NCBI GenBank assembly: GCA_041483475.1
Contig: JBGPFT010000001.1
Coordinates: 1 to 35,026 of the forward strand
Origin: Fibrobacteria bacterium
GTDB taxonomy: Bacteria; Fibrobacterota; Fibrobacteria; UBA11236
DNA length: 35,026 bases
Reading direction: 5' to 3'
Shown: positions 23,141 through 31,664 of the stretch, in pieces
Layout: each line of letters begins with the position of its first letter
Position numbering within the stretch: the first letter of the stretch is position 1
Position numbers and translations under genes: made by a program
The notes under the pieces: generated by a model
Told to the model about the DNA's origin: nothing
Seen by the model: the letters and a program-made list of their open reading frames with translations, nothing else
Database searches by the model: none

Positions 23141-24693
23141 CTGGGATGCAGCGTCGCCAGCGGCACCAGCATCTCCTCCAGGGAGAGCCCGCCGCTGACC
23201 AATTGCTCCTTGAACTGGGTCACGAAGTACTGAAACTTGTTCGGATAGACGAAATAGAGGTTTTCCTTGGCGATGGCGTAGGTGATGCCGGTTTCCCCCG
23301 GCAGCCCGTATTGGGCGGGGGCCTCGACGAACAAAGCGTGGCGCTCGTCGCAGGAAATACCGGTGCCGATTTTGACGCGCGGGTGCGGAGATTGTTCCTC
23401 CTGGCAGAAGACCTCCGCGGGGGTGTCGACGCGCACGGCCCCGTGATCGCTGGTCAAGACCACGGTGCGTTTTCGCTCCGCCAGCGCCTTCAAGGCCTCG
23501 AAGAGCCGGGAGGAACGGAACCAGTTCAGGGTCAATTCCCGCAAGCCTTTTTCGTCGGGCACGATTTCCAGGAGCAATCCCCCTTGCGCGGACCGGAGGG
23601 CGTTCAGCATCTCCAGGAACTCCACCACCACCACGAGCAGGGGAGCGTCGCCGTGCCGGTCCAGCTCCGCGCCCAGGAGTTCGCTGTCTTCGTAGGTCCT
23701 GAGGTGGATCAGGCGCGGCTCCCCGACGTCGAGTCCGTTCATGCGGAGTTGCATCTTGAGCAGTTCGCGCTCGCAGGCGATTTCGTCCCCGCCCTCCCGC
23801 AGCCGTTTCCACAGTTCCGGTTGGTTCAGGCTCACATCGCGGGGCAACTGGCCGGAGAACAGGGCCGCGCGGCCAATGGTCTTTTCGGTGGGGAGCAGGG
23901 CCCAGGCCATTCCGTTTTCCACCCGGAAATGGGGCTCCAGCAGTTTTTGCAGCAGCAGCCATTGGTCGAGGCGGAATCCGGCCAACACCACCAGCGCGCA
24001 GGCTTCCCCCTTCTTGAGCAGGGGGAAAACCCGGCGGCGCAGCGTCTGGGTATGCAGATTGGGATTCCCGCCTTTTTTGCTCACCCAATGGATGTAATTC
24101 TCCTCCACGAAGGAGACGAACCGCTTCGAAAGCTCGCGCTTGTTGCCGCGGTGGGTTTCCTCCAAGCCGGGATCGGAAAGGTTCTGGAACTCCACGTCCC
24201 ATTTGCAGAGCTGGAAATGGATTTTCTCCCATTTGGAGTGAGTGGGGTTGGCGAGCAACCCGGCTTTGAGCTCGGCATGTTCCCGCACGTAGGCGGAAGT
24301 GACATGACTGTTGCGGATGGCGCTTGAGTGCAGGATTCTTTTGCAAGTCGAGAGCACCTGGGACGGGTTCACCGGCTTGATCAGGTAGCTGCTGATGTTG
24401 CGCCCGAAGGCCGCCTCCATGAGGCGCTCTTCCTCGATTTTGGTCACCATCACCACCGGGAGTTGGGCGTCCATGGCCCGGATCTCTTCCAAAGTGGTAA
24501 GCCCGTCCTTGCCGGGCATTTGCTCGTCGAGCAAAACGAGATCGTAAGGGCGGGATCGAATCAAGGCCAGGCCGTCGTCGCCGTTGGTAGCTTTCTCCAC
24601 CACATAACCGTGCTCCTCGAGAAACAGGATATGGGCGCGGAGGAATTCAATCTCGTCGTCCACCCACAGGAGGCGCTTGGGAGCGACATTCAT
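23137..24693 (-). CDS. porX: PorX-like response regulator: CheY receiver fused to a PglZ / alkaline-phosphatase-superfamily domain
   Basis: 518 aa. Receiver: LLWVDDE...DLVLLDEQMPGKDG...YLIKP. PglZ hallmarks: LLPTEKTIGRAALFSG and VVLTSDHGAV. The architecture and length match the T9SS regulator PorX. Confidence 0.85.
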   Translation of the reverse strand: MNVAPKRLLWVDDEIEFLRAHILFLEEHGYVVEKATNGDDGLALIRSRPYDLVLLDEQMPGKDGLTTLEEIRAMDAQLPVVMVTKIEEERLMEAAFGRNISSYLIKPVNPSQVLSTCKRILHSSAIRNSHVTSAYVREHAELKAGLLANPTHSKWEKIHFQLCKWDVEFQNLSDPGLEETHRGNKRELSKRFVSFVEENYIHWVSKKGGNPNLHTQTLRRRVFPLLKKGEACALVVLAGFRLDQWLLLQKLLEPHFRVENGMAWALLPTEKTIGRAALFSGQLPRDVSLNQPELWKRLREGGDEIACERELLKMQLRMNGLDVGEPRLIHLRTYEDSELLGAELDRHGDAPLLVVVVEFLEMLNALRSAQGGLLLEIVPDEKGLRELTLNWFRSSRLFEALKALAERKRTVVLTSDHGAVRVDTPAEVFCQEEQSPHPRVKIGTGISCDERHALFVEAPAQYGLPGETGITYAIAKENLYFVYPNKFQYFVTQFKEQLVSGGLSLEEMLVPLATLHPR

Positions 24694-25991
24694 GCGGGAG
24701 AGCCCTCTTCCAGCCGCGCGGGCAGCACGACCTGGAACGTCGTTCCCTTATCCTTCACGCTGCGCTCCACGTAAATTCTTCCTCCGTGGTATTCCTCCAC
24801 GATGCGGCGGCACAACGAAAGTCCCAGCCCCCAGCCGCGTTTCTTGGTGGTGAAACCGGGGCTGAAAACGGCCTGGAAATGTTCCCGGGATATGCCTTTT
24901 CCGTTGTCCTCGACCCCAAGGCGAACCTCGCCTTTCACCGCTTCGAAGCGGGTGGATATAATAATTAAACCCTCCTGCGCCTCGATCGCGTCCACCGCGT
25001 TGCGAATGAGGTTCTCAATCACCCAGCCGATCAACTCGGCGCTGAGACGGATCTCCGGGATCTCTTCCAGCTTTTCCTCGATGCGGATGCGCTTGCCCAG
25101 ATGCGGCAGCCGTGCCTGGAAGTATTTCGTCGCGAAGCGGACGATATCGTTCAGGTCCTCCATTTTCAATTCCGGCAGCGATCCGATTTTCGAGAAGCGC
25201 GTGGCCACCCGGTTCAGGCGCGCGATGTCGCTTTCCATTTCTCCCAGCACGCGCAGGCTTTTTTCCTGGCCGAGCGCCTCTTCCAGCCGCATGCGCAGGA
25301 TGTCGATCCAACCCAGGAGCGAGGAGATGGGGGTGCCGAGCTGATGCGCGGTTTCCTTGGCCAGTCCCACCCACAGCAAGGTCTGCTCGCCGCTGCGGAT
25401 GATGGCGAAGCCGAAATAGCCGATGAAGCAGAAGAGCAAGGTGATGAAGAGTTCGGCCAGGGGCGTCCAACGCAGGACGCGCACCACCGGCGGGTCGCCG
25501 TAATGCAGGGCGCCGAAGGCCATGCCCTCCACCTCCAGCGGCAGGGCATGACGCTTGGCGTCCATGCGTCCAAGCCATTGCAGGAGGAAGCGCTGATCTT
25601 CCGGGGAAAGTCCGAAAAAGGAGGAAGTGGCGGGGGCGCGGTTCCGGCCCCACCATCCCCCGCCGAGGTTGTTCCAGTTCACCGGCGTGCCATGCGGATC
25701 GGTGATGATCATAGGCGCTTCCGACTTGCGCACGATTTCATTGAAGATGACGTTGATCTCCTCGCGTGCCAGCTGCTCGGAGATGGCCACCGCGAACAGG
25801 CGGGCCTCCTTGTCGTTGATGGACTCGGCATGCGCGCGCAACTGGGAAAGGAAAACCTGGTTGAGCGCAGTGAAGCCCGCCAGCAGGGCCAACGAGCCGC
25901 CGAACAACACAGCCCGGGCTCCCGGAACCGGGATGGCCGTCAGCCGGTCGCGCAGCGCGCGCAACCTCCACAGTCCGGGCAGGCGCAGCAT
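24690..25991 (-). CDS. Sensor histidine kinase, PorY-like (two TM segments, periplasmic loop, HisKA + HATPase_c, no HAMP)
   Basis: 433 aa from the ATG at 25991, which lies 2 nt after the serS stop. H-box ETAHQLGTPISSL, N-box IENLIRNAVDA, G-boxes DNGKGI and GWGLGLSL. Its stop overlaps the porX ATG (ATGA). Confidence 0.85.
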   Translation of the reverse strand: MLRLPGLWRLRALRDRLTAIPVPGARAVLFGGSLALLAGFTALNQVFLSQLRAHAESINDKEARLFAVAISEQLAREEINVIFNEIVRKSEAPMIITDPHGTPVNWNNLGGGWWGRNRAPATSSFFGLSPEDQRFLLQWLGRMDAKRHALPLEVEGMAFGALHYGDPPVVRVLRWTPLAELFITLLFCFIGYFGFAIIRSGEQTLLWVGLAKETAHQLGTPISSLLGWIDILRMRLEEALGQEKSLRVLGEMESDIARLNRVATRFSKIGSLPELKMEDLNDIVRFATKYFQARLPHLGKRIRIEEKLEEIPEIRLSAELIGWVIENLIRNAVDAIEAQEGLIIISTRFEAVKGEVRLGVEDNGKGISREHFQAVFSPGFTTKKRGWGLGLSLCRRIVEEYHGGRIYVERSVKDKGTTFQVVLPARLEEGSPA

Positions 25992-25993
25992 TC

Positions 25994-27262
25994 CTAGGGT
26001 GGCCCTATTTCCTCGAGCCCGCCGAAATAAGGCCGCAGCACCGTCGGCAGGCGTACGGTTCCCTTTTCGGTGTAATGGTTTTCCAGGAACGCCACCAGGA
26101 TGCGCGGCGTGGCCAAACCCGAGCCGTTCAGGGTGTGAACGAATAGCGGCTTGCCCTGGATCTTGGCGCGGATATCGGCGCGGCGCGCTTGGAAGTCCTC
26201 GAAGTTGGAACAGGAAGAGACCTCCAGCCATTTCTTTTCCGCGGGCGCCCAGACTTCCAAGTCATAACATTTTGCCGCGCCGAAGCCGAGGTCGCCGGTG
26301 CAAAGTTCCAACACGCGGTAGGGGAGTTCCAGTCGGCGCAGCAATTCCTCGCCCTGTTCGCGCAGCTTCTCCAATTCCCCGTAGGATTTTTCGGGGAGCG
26401 AAAATTTCACCATCTCCACCTTGTCGAACTGATGCAAGCGCAGGAAGCCCCGCGTATCCGCGCCCCAGGAACCGGCCTCGCGGCGAAAGCAGGCGGTGTA
26501 GGCGCAATAGGATAGGGGCAGGGAAGCCGCGTCGAGGATTTCCCCGGCGTGCATGTTGGTGACGGGAACTTCGGCGGTGGGGACGAGGAAGAGATCGTCG
26601 TCGCCGCAGCGGTACATGTCCTCCTCGAACTTGGGAAGCTGGCCGGTGCCGGTCATGGAAGCGCGCGACACGAGCTGGGGCGGGGAGATCTCGGTGAAAC
26701 CGGACGCCACGTGGAAGTCGAGGAAAAAATTGATCAAAGCGCGTTCCAGCCGGGCGCCCATGCCAGTATAGATGGGGAAACCCCGCCCCGAGATCTTGGC
26801 GCCGCGCTCGAAGTCGAACAGTTTCAGCTTCGCTCCGATTTCCAAATGATCGGGGAAGGATTTTTCGGCGGAAGGAATTTCGCCCCAGGTTTTGACCACT
26901 TTATTGTCGGCCGAACTTTTCCCGTCCGGGACGGAAGCGTGGGGAAGGTTGGGGCAAAGCAAGGCCAAGGATCTCCAGTTTTCCTCGGCGGCGTCGGCCT
27001 TGTCCTGAATTTCCTTGATGCGATTGCCTAGGGACCGGGTTTTTTCGATGGCGGCAGCCGCATCTCCGCCCGATCTTTTGAGTTGGGCGATGGCCTCCGA
27101 TGCGCTGTTGCGTTCGGCCTTGAGACCGTCAAGTTCGGCGCCCAAGGCCCGCTTTTCCTGGTCGAGGCGCAGCAGGGCGTCCAGGTCAAAGCCCTTTCCC
27201 CGTCGAAGCAGGGCCGCCCGCACTTGTTCGGGATCTTCGCGATAGAGTTTGGGATCGAGCAT
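25994..27262 (-). CDS. serS: Serine--tRNA ligase
   Basis: 422 aa from the ATG at 27262 (MLDPKLYREDPEQV...). N-terminal coiled coil and class II motifs (FRREAGS.G.DTRG, TLNGSGLATPR). The extra 33 codons in the track ORF come from reading into a REP hairpin. Confidence 0.92.
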   Translation of the reverse strand: MLDPKLYREDPEQVRAALLRRGKGFDLDALLRLDQEKRALGAELDGLKAERNSASEAIAQLKRSGGDAAAAIEKTRSLGNRIKEIQDKADAAEENWRSLALLCPNLPHASVPDGKSSADNKVVKTWGEIPSAEKSFPDHLEIGAKLKLFDFERGAKISGRGFPIYTGMGARLERALINFFLDFHVASGFTEISPPQLVSRASMTGTGQLPKFEEDMYRCGDDDLFLVPTAEVPVTNMHAGEILDAASLPLSYCAYTACFRREAGSWGADTRGFLRLHQFDKVEMVKFSLPEKSYGELEKLREQGEELLRRLELPYRVLELCTGDLGFGAAKCYDLEVWAPAEKKWLEVSSCSNFEDFQARRADIRAKIQGKPLFVHTLNGSGLATPRILVAFLENHYTEKGTVRLPTVLRPYFGGLEEIGPP

Positions 27263-27300
27263 GGGAGATCTCTTCTGGGGGCGTAAATCTAGAACAGCGA

Positions 27301-27344
27301 GCCCCTCACCCCTGACCCCTCTCCCACGGTAGTGGGAGAGGGGG
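27301..27344. repeat. REP-like element copy 1: flank GCCCCTCACCCCTGA plus perfect 12-bp stem / 4-nt loop hairpin
   Basis: CCCCTCTCCCAC-GGTA-GTGGGAGAGGGG at 27316-27343. It lies upstream of serS. Confidence 0.7.
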
Positions 27345-27445
27345 ATCCTTGCGTGGCTCATACGTTCTTCCCTTCCCCCGATTTTAAATTCGCATTTCGT
27401 TTTAGCGGATTCTTCGCACGGAAAGAATGTGAGCCCGGAAACACC

Positions 27446-27488
27446 TCCCCTCTCCCACTACTGTGGGAGAGGGGCTGGGGGTGAGGGC
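27446..27488. repeat. REP-like element copy 2, inverted relative to copy 1
   Basis: CCCCTCTCCCAC-TACT-GTGGGAGAGGGG at 27447-27474, followed by CTGGGGGTGAGGGC. The reverse complement aligns with copy 1 with only a few mismatches or indels over about 44 nt. Confidence 0.7.
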
Positions 27489-27516
27489 CTTGTTAGTTTG
27501 TTCTCCCCGACACCCC

Positions 27517-29955
27517 ATGAATCATCGTCTCCCTTTCTTTCCTGTTTTCCTGCTCGGCATGGTATCTGCGATTTTTTCCCAGACTTACGACCTGGTGGGC
27601 CTGGTGATGGATTCCGAGCGCGGCGAACCCGTGGCCGGAGTCGAGATCCGGACCTTGGAAGGCCAGAAGCTCGGGGTGAGCCAAAGCACGGGCCGCTTCG
27701 AGGTGACGGTGAACAACCGCCGTATCCATATCCTGTTTCGCCGCCAGGGGTACAAGGATCTCGAAGTGGATTTGGGCGAGTTGCCCAATCTCATCGACGT
27801 CGAGATCACCATGGAATCTGCGGTGCAGGAATTGGGCGAGGTCACGACCTATGCTTCGCAGCACGGCCACGATCCCACCCAGGCCCAAAGCATCGAGGAA
27901 TTGGAATCGATGCAGGGCATGCGCATGGACTTGAACGATCATCTGCGCCAAATGCACGGCGTGGCGGGCATGAACGAATTCACCGGCGACATCTCCGTGC
28001 ACGGGTCGCGCACCCGCGACGTGACCCATTACCTGGGCCGGAGCCGCATCCCCAGCCTGCGCCATCTCGATTTTGGTTTCCCCGGAAACCAGAGCGTGCT
28101 GAACCCGCGCCTGCTCAAGTCTGTGACCCTTTCCGACAACCCGGCCAAGGGCCCCGTGAACCAGGGCAACGCCTCGGCCTTGGTGTACGACTTGCGCGAC
28201 GGCGATCCCGAGGCCATCCACGGGGATCTCATCCTGGGGTCGACGAACTGGGAGGGCAACCTCAACGGGTATTGGGGGGGGCGCACCTTGCTCGGCAGCT
28301 TCCGCTATTTGGATCCCAACGCTCTCGGCGCCCTGGGACGACAATTCTTCACCACGCCCAAGGACGCGCGCCTGCGCCAGGGCGGGCAACCTTGCAATTC
28401 CGCCAATCCCTGCCAGCAACTGACCGATCCATTTCAGTTCACCACCGGCGACTTATTTTTGGGCACCTTCCTCCGCGACACTTCCGGCGCCTTCCGCCGC
28501 CACAGTCTGGTGGTGGTGGACGACAATTACCGCATCGATCAGGACGTGGGGGCCACTCAGCAACAGGTCACGCCCCAAACCTTGGTGAAGGGGTTCCAGG
28601 GAGCCTGGCTGTACTCCTACGAGGCCGTGCAGTCCTCGGCCTCGGGCGAATGGGAATGGGGACTGTCCATGCTCAGTCGCGATAATGACGACTCCTACAG
28701 CGACACCTTGCCGCCGAAGCTCCAGTCGGAGGCTGCCTTGTACTGGCCCTGGTATGTCGACGGGCCAGCCGGCTCCTCGACCCATAATTTATTAGGGGAC
28801 GGCAGCCGCAAGGAGCTTCAGTCCATTTTTTCCCTACAATGGTCGCCCACGACCAAGGTGTTCGGGGCGCAGATGGGTTACGGCTTAGAGCTGGAATACT
28901 TTCGGCAGGAACGGGTCGTTTTAGACCTCAGCACCGGCGGCAATAGCAACGCGGAGATGCGCCGCGATTTGGCCCAGGCCGATTTGCTTTACCGCCTGCG
29001 ATGGAAGACGGCGGATCGGGGGAGTTGGGATGCGTCGCTGGGCGCGGTGTTGGGAAACGACGCGCCTTTTCGAGGGGACGACGGTGGCCTACTGATGCCC
29101 TTGCCCCTGGCCTCGCTCCGCTATGCGTATCCGCTGGCCAAGGAGCACCAGGTTTTCGGCGAAGTAGCGATGCGCCAATCGTTGGGCTTGGAACCGGAGG
29201 GCTTCAACCGCGTCGCGGCCAAACCCACTTCCAGCGCCGAGTTCAAGTTCGGTGGCGACGGCGCCTTCGGAGGAGCGTTCCAGTATGCCTGGAGCGGCTA
29301 CACCCGTTGGTATCGCGATCCCGCCCTGCCGACGCCCGAGGCGTTCTGGAACTATGCCGAAGTCCATTCCTCCGATTTCGCCTACGTGGACGGCGGCAAC
29401 GCCACCGCGCATTGGCTCCCGAGCCATCACGCCGGCCTGGGAATCAACGCTTCGGTGATCCAGGGGGATTATCACCTGCGTTCCGGAGGCTTCCTGCCCT
29501 GGGAATCGAACCGCACCTTGGATCTTTCCTCGAACCTGCGCGTATTGCCGCGCAGCGATTCCCTGTTGAGCTTCATACTCACTTACGGCATCAACAACGG
29601 CGCGCCGTTGTATGAATACCGCGGGCTGTGGAATTCGGCCACCGGCAGTTCAACTGGAACACGCGCCGTTTACTCCAGCTCCAATTTTCCCGAGTTATCA
29701 CGCCAACGCATGGACGTGCGCATCAACCTCGATTTGAAAAGCCATTGGCGCCCCCTGGAATCGATGCGCTTTTTCTTCGAGGCCGACAATCTATTCGCCG
29801 ACTACGACGGCACCTGGGCCGGGTGGCTGGGCGGCACCAATCAGCGCCGCCGCGGCTGGACGCGCACCGACGTCGCCGGCGATCTTCAGCCCGTGGTGAC
29901 CCGAGGCCTCGGCTTCTTCATCATGTTCGGGCTGGAGGGGAAGCTGAAGATTTAG
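27517..29955 (+). CDS. TonB-dependent-receptor-like outer membrane protein with N-terminal carboxypeptidase-regulatory-like domain
   Basis: 812 aa from the ATG at 27517, with signal peptide MNHRLPFFPVFLLGMVSAIFSQ. It has a CarbopepD_reg-like module (LVGLVMDSERGEPVAGVEI...GRFEV), a plug-like segment (ISVHGSRTRD) and a long Gly/Tyr/Trp-rich barrel. Confidence 0.7.
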   Translation: MNHRLPFFPVFLLGMVSAIFSQTYDLVGLVMDSERGEPVAGVEIRTLEGQKLGVSQSTGRFEVTVNNRRIHILFRRQGYKDLEVDLGELPNLIDVEITMESAVQELGEVTTYASQHGHDPTQAQSIEELESMQGMRMDLNDHLRQMHGVAGMNEFTGDISVHGSRTRDVTHYLGRSRIPSLRHLDFGFPGNQSVLNPRLLKSVTLSDNPAKGPVNQGNASALVYDLRDGDPEAIHGDLILGSTNWEGNLNGYWGGRTLLGSFRYLDPNALGALGRQFFTTPKDARLRQGGQPCNSANPCQQLTDPFQFTTGDLFLGTFLRDTSGAFRRHSLVVVDDNYRIDQDVGATQQQVTPQTLVKGFQGAWLYSYEAVQSSASGEWEWGLSMLSRDNDDSYSDTLPPKLQSEAALYWPWYVDGPAGSSTHNLLGDGSRKELQSIFSLQWSPTTKVFGAQMGYGLELEYFRQERVVLDLSTGGNSNAEMRRDLAQADLLYRLRWKTADRGSWDASLGAVLGNDAPFRGDDGGLLMPLPLASLRYAYPLAKEHQVFGEVAMRQSLGLEPEGFNRVAAKPTSSAEFKFGGDGAFGGAFQYAWSGYTRWYRDPALPTPEAFWNYAEVHSSDFAYVDGGNATAHWLPSHHAGLGINASVIQGDYHLRSGGFLPWESNRTLDLSSNLRVLPRSDSLLSFILTYGINNGAPLYEYRGLWNSATGSSTGTRAVYSSSNFPELSRQRMDVRINLDLKSHWRPLESMRFFFEADNLFADYDGTWAGWLGGTNQRRRGWTRTDVAGDLQPVVTRGLGFFIMFGLEGKLKI

Positions 29956-29975
29956 CCTCACCCCCGCAGGTGAGG
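29956..29975. terminator. Hairpin that exactly fills the gap between convergent stops (CCTCACC-CCCGCA-GGTGAGG)
   Basis: A 7-bp stem and 6-nt loop between the TAG at 29953-29955 and the degP TAA at 29976-29978. No clear U-tract on either strand. Confidence 0.4.
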
Positions 29976-31526
29976 TTACTCCCCCGCTCTCAGCGCCCGC
30001 AAATCCGTCTTTCCCTTGTAGAACACCTTGAAGGCGATGTTTTCTCCCGCCGCCAGCGATTTCACGGCCTCCAAAAGTTGCTTGGGCTGCTTCACCGCTT
30101 GGAAGGAGGGATCCTGCTTGCGCTTGTAATGGGTGATGACCATGCCTTCCAGCATGCCGTTCTCGGCCGCGGAGGATCCGTCCAGGATCTCCAACACCAC
30201 CGCCCCGCCCACGTCTTCCTTGATTTCGTAACGGGTGCGGGCGTCGGCGTCCAATGCCCCGAAGCGCAGGCCCAGCTTCCGGGAACTGAAGCCGCCGGAG
30301 GCGTCTTCGCCTTCGGGGCTGGCGGTGTTTTCCTCGGAGCCTTCCTCTCCGCCATCGGGCTTGGATCCGACTTTCACGTCGAGGGTGATTTTCTTGCCGT
30401 CCCGCCAGATGTCGAAGGCGTATGACTTCGCGGGATGGAGATCAGCCACCAGATTGCGCAGATGCGCCGCGTCCAGCACTTGGGCTCCGTCGACCTTGAG
30501 GACGATGTCGCCGTTCTTGAGGCCGCCCTTGGCGGCGGGCGATCCCGGCATCACCTCGCGCACCAAGCACCCTTGCGACCCCGGAAGCCCCAGTGCGCCC
30601 GCCAGGTTCTCGTCCACGTTGTCGATGCCCACGCCCAGATAACCGCGCGTGACCTTGCCTTCAAAGATGAGATCCTCCGCCACTTTCACGGCCATGTTGA
30701 TGGGGATGGCGAAACTCACGCCCATGTACCCGCCTGTGCGGGTGTAGATGCTGGAATTGATGCCCACCACTTCGCCGCGCAGGTTCACCAGGGGCCCGCC
30801 GGAATTTCCCGGATTCACGGCCGCATCGGTTTGGATGAAATCCTGGTAGGAATCCGCGCCGTTGAATTGGTCACGACGGCCTTTCGCCGAGACGATGCCC
30901 GTGGTCACGGTATTCTGCAGGGCGAAGGGATTGCCGATGGCCAGCACCCATTCCCCGATTTGCAATTTGCGTGAATCCCCGAACACCGCGGGTTTGAGGT
31001 CGCCCGCCGCCGCGTCGATTTTCAAAACCGCCACGTCGGCCTTCTTGTCCACTCCCACCACCTTGGCGGTGTAGCTCTTGTTGTTGGAAAGCGCCACCTT
31101 GACGATGTCGGCGCCTTCCACGACGTGGGCGTTGGTGAAGACGTACCCCTCCTTGGCGATGATGAAGCCGGAGCCCCCGCCCAGGGGGATGTTGCGCTTG
31201 GGGGATTTATCCTCCGGGCCGCCCGGCTGCTGGGGCATGCCGAAGAATTCGAACAGGGGATTGTTGAGCTGCTGTTGCTGCGCGCTCCATTTCTTTTCCG
31301 TGGTCACCGACACCACGCTGGGGGTGACGGATTCCACCACCTTGCCGAACAGCCGGTTGAGCTCGTCCACCTTGGCCGGATCGGTTTGTGCCGCCGATCC
31401 CTTTCCCAGTTCGATGCTGCCGCGCTTGGGGCGCGGCTCTTCCTTTGAATCCTTGGCCGGAGCGGCGAAGGCGATGGGGGTCAAGGCGCAAAGGGCGAAA
31501 AGTCGTGTCCAGCGTAGGGCGAACAT
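29976..31526 (-). CDS. degP: Periplasmic serine endoprotease DegP/HtrA family (trypsin-like domain + two PDZ domains)
   Basis: 516 aa from the ATG at 31526, with signal peptide MFALRWTRLFALCALTPIAFA. Catalytic triad context: TNAHVV, DVAVLKI, GNSGGPL. Two PDZ-like regions follow. An AAGGAA motif lies upstream of the ATG. Confidence 0.9.
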   Translation of the reverse strand: MFALRWTRLFALCALTPIAFAAPAKDSKEEPRPKRGSIELGKGSAAQTDPAKVDELNRLFGKVVESVTPSVVSVTTEKKWSAQQQQLNNPLFEFFGMPQQPGGPEDKSPKRNIPLGGGSGFIIAKEGYVFTNAHVVEGADIVKVALSNNKSYTAKVVGVDKKADVAVLKIDAAAGDLKPAVFGDSRKLQIGEWVLAIGNPFALQNTVTTGIVSAKGRRDQFNGADSYQDFIQTDAAVNPGNSGGPLVNLRGEVVGINSSIYTRTGGYMGVSFAIPINMAVKVAEDLIFEGKVTRGYLGVGIDNVDENLAGALGLPGSQGCLVREVMPGSPAAKGGLKNGDIVLKVDGAQVLDAAHLRNLVADLHPAKSYAFDIWRDGKKITLDVKVGSKPDGGEEGSEENTASPEGEDASGGFSSRKLGLRFGALDADARTRYEIKEDVGGAVVLEILDGSSAAENGMLEGMVITHYKRKQDPSFQAVKQPKQLLEAVKSLAAGENIAFKVFYKGKTDLRALRAGE

Positions 31527-31611
31527 GGGATTCCTTTCAGGGTTTGGGGATAGTTTACAAAGCTCCCCAGGAACGGCCCGTAACAATGCGTATCAGCTAT
31601 CGGGCGAAATG

Positions 31612-31645
31612 AAAAAAACGGCCGGACCCGCATTGGACCCGGCCG
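31612..31645 (-). terminator. Rho-independent terminator candidate downstream of the tandem-CMD gene
   Basis: The minus strand reads CGGCCGG-13 nt-CCGGCCG followed by TTTTTTT. It lies about 20 nt after the TAA at 31665-31667. Confidence 0.55.
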
Positions 31646-31664
31646 CTGAAGAAGCGCGGTTCGG

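Noticed and set aside
22721-24346. A 541-aa ORF that appears to be a single large protein ending in TsaE.
   Set aside because: Only the last 139 aa look like a real protein (TsaE). The upstream 400 aa are out-of-frame read-through of the porX gene. A GTG start at 23140 overlapping the porX stop explains the gene.
23137-24693. The PglZ domain as a sign of a BREX-type phage-defence system.
   Set aside because: The PglZ domain is fused to a CheY receiver in a 518-aa protein, which is the PorX architecture. It sits next to a histidine kinase. No BREX partners (PglX methyltransferase, BrxC, BrxL and others) are present.
25994-27361. N-terminal extensions in the ORF track for serS (to 27361), the TBDR-like gene (from 27463), the kinase (to 26231), degP (to 31586) and the BNR-4 gene (to 10782).
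   Set aside because: The extensions either read through REP hairpins (peptides PLSHYRGRGVRGEG and PLSHYCGRGAGGEG) or overlap the preceding gene. Internal starts give canonical N-termini or signal peptides and tidy 2-4 nt junctions.
27301-27488. Interpretation of the inverted repeat pair as a MITE or as a mini CRISPR-like array.
   Set aside because: No target-site duplication is visible at the ends (acagcga / cttgtt). There are only two copies, and they are inverted rather than direct. No cas or transposase genes are present in the window. A REP/REPIN-like doublet is the more economical reading.
27345-27516. Possible riboswitch (for example cobalamin or TPP) in the leader of the TonB-dependent-receptor-like gene.
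   Set aside because: I could not find the conserved cores (B12 box, or the TPP CUGAGA/ACCUGA elements). The region is explained by the REP hairpin plus short AT-rich promoter-like sequence.
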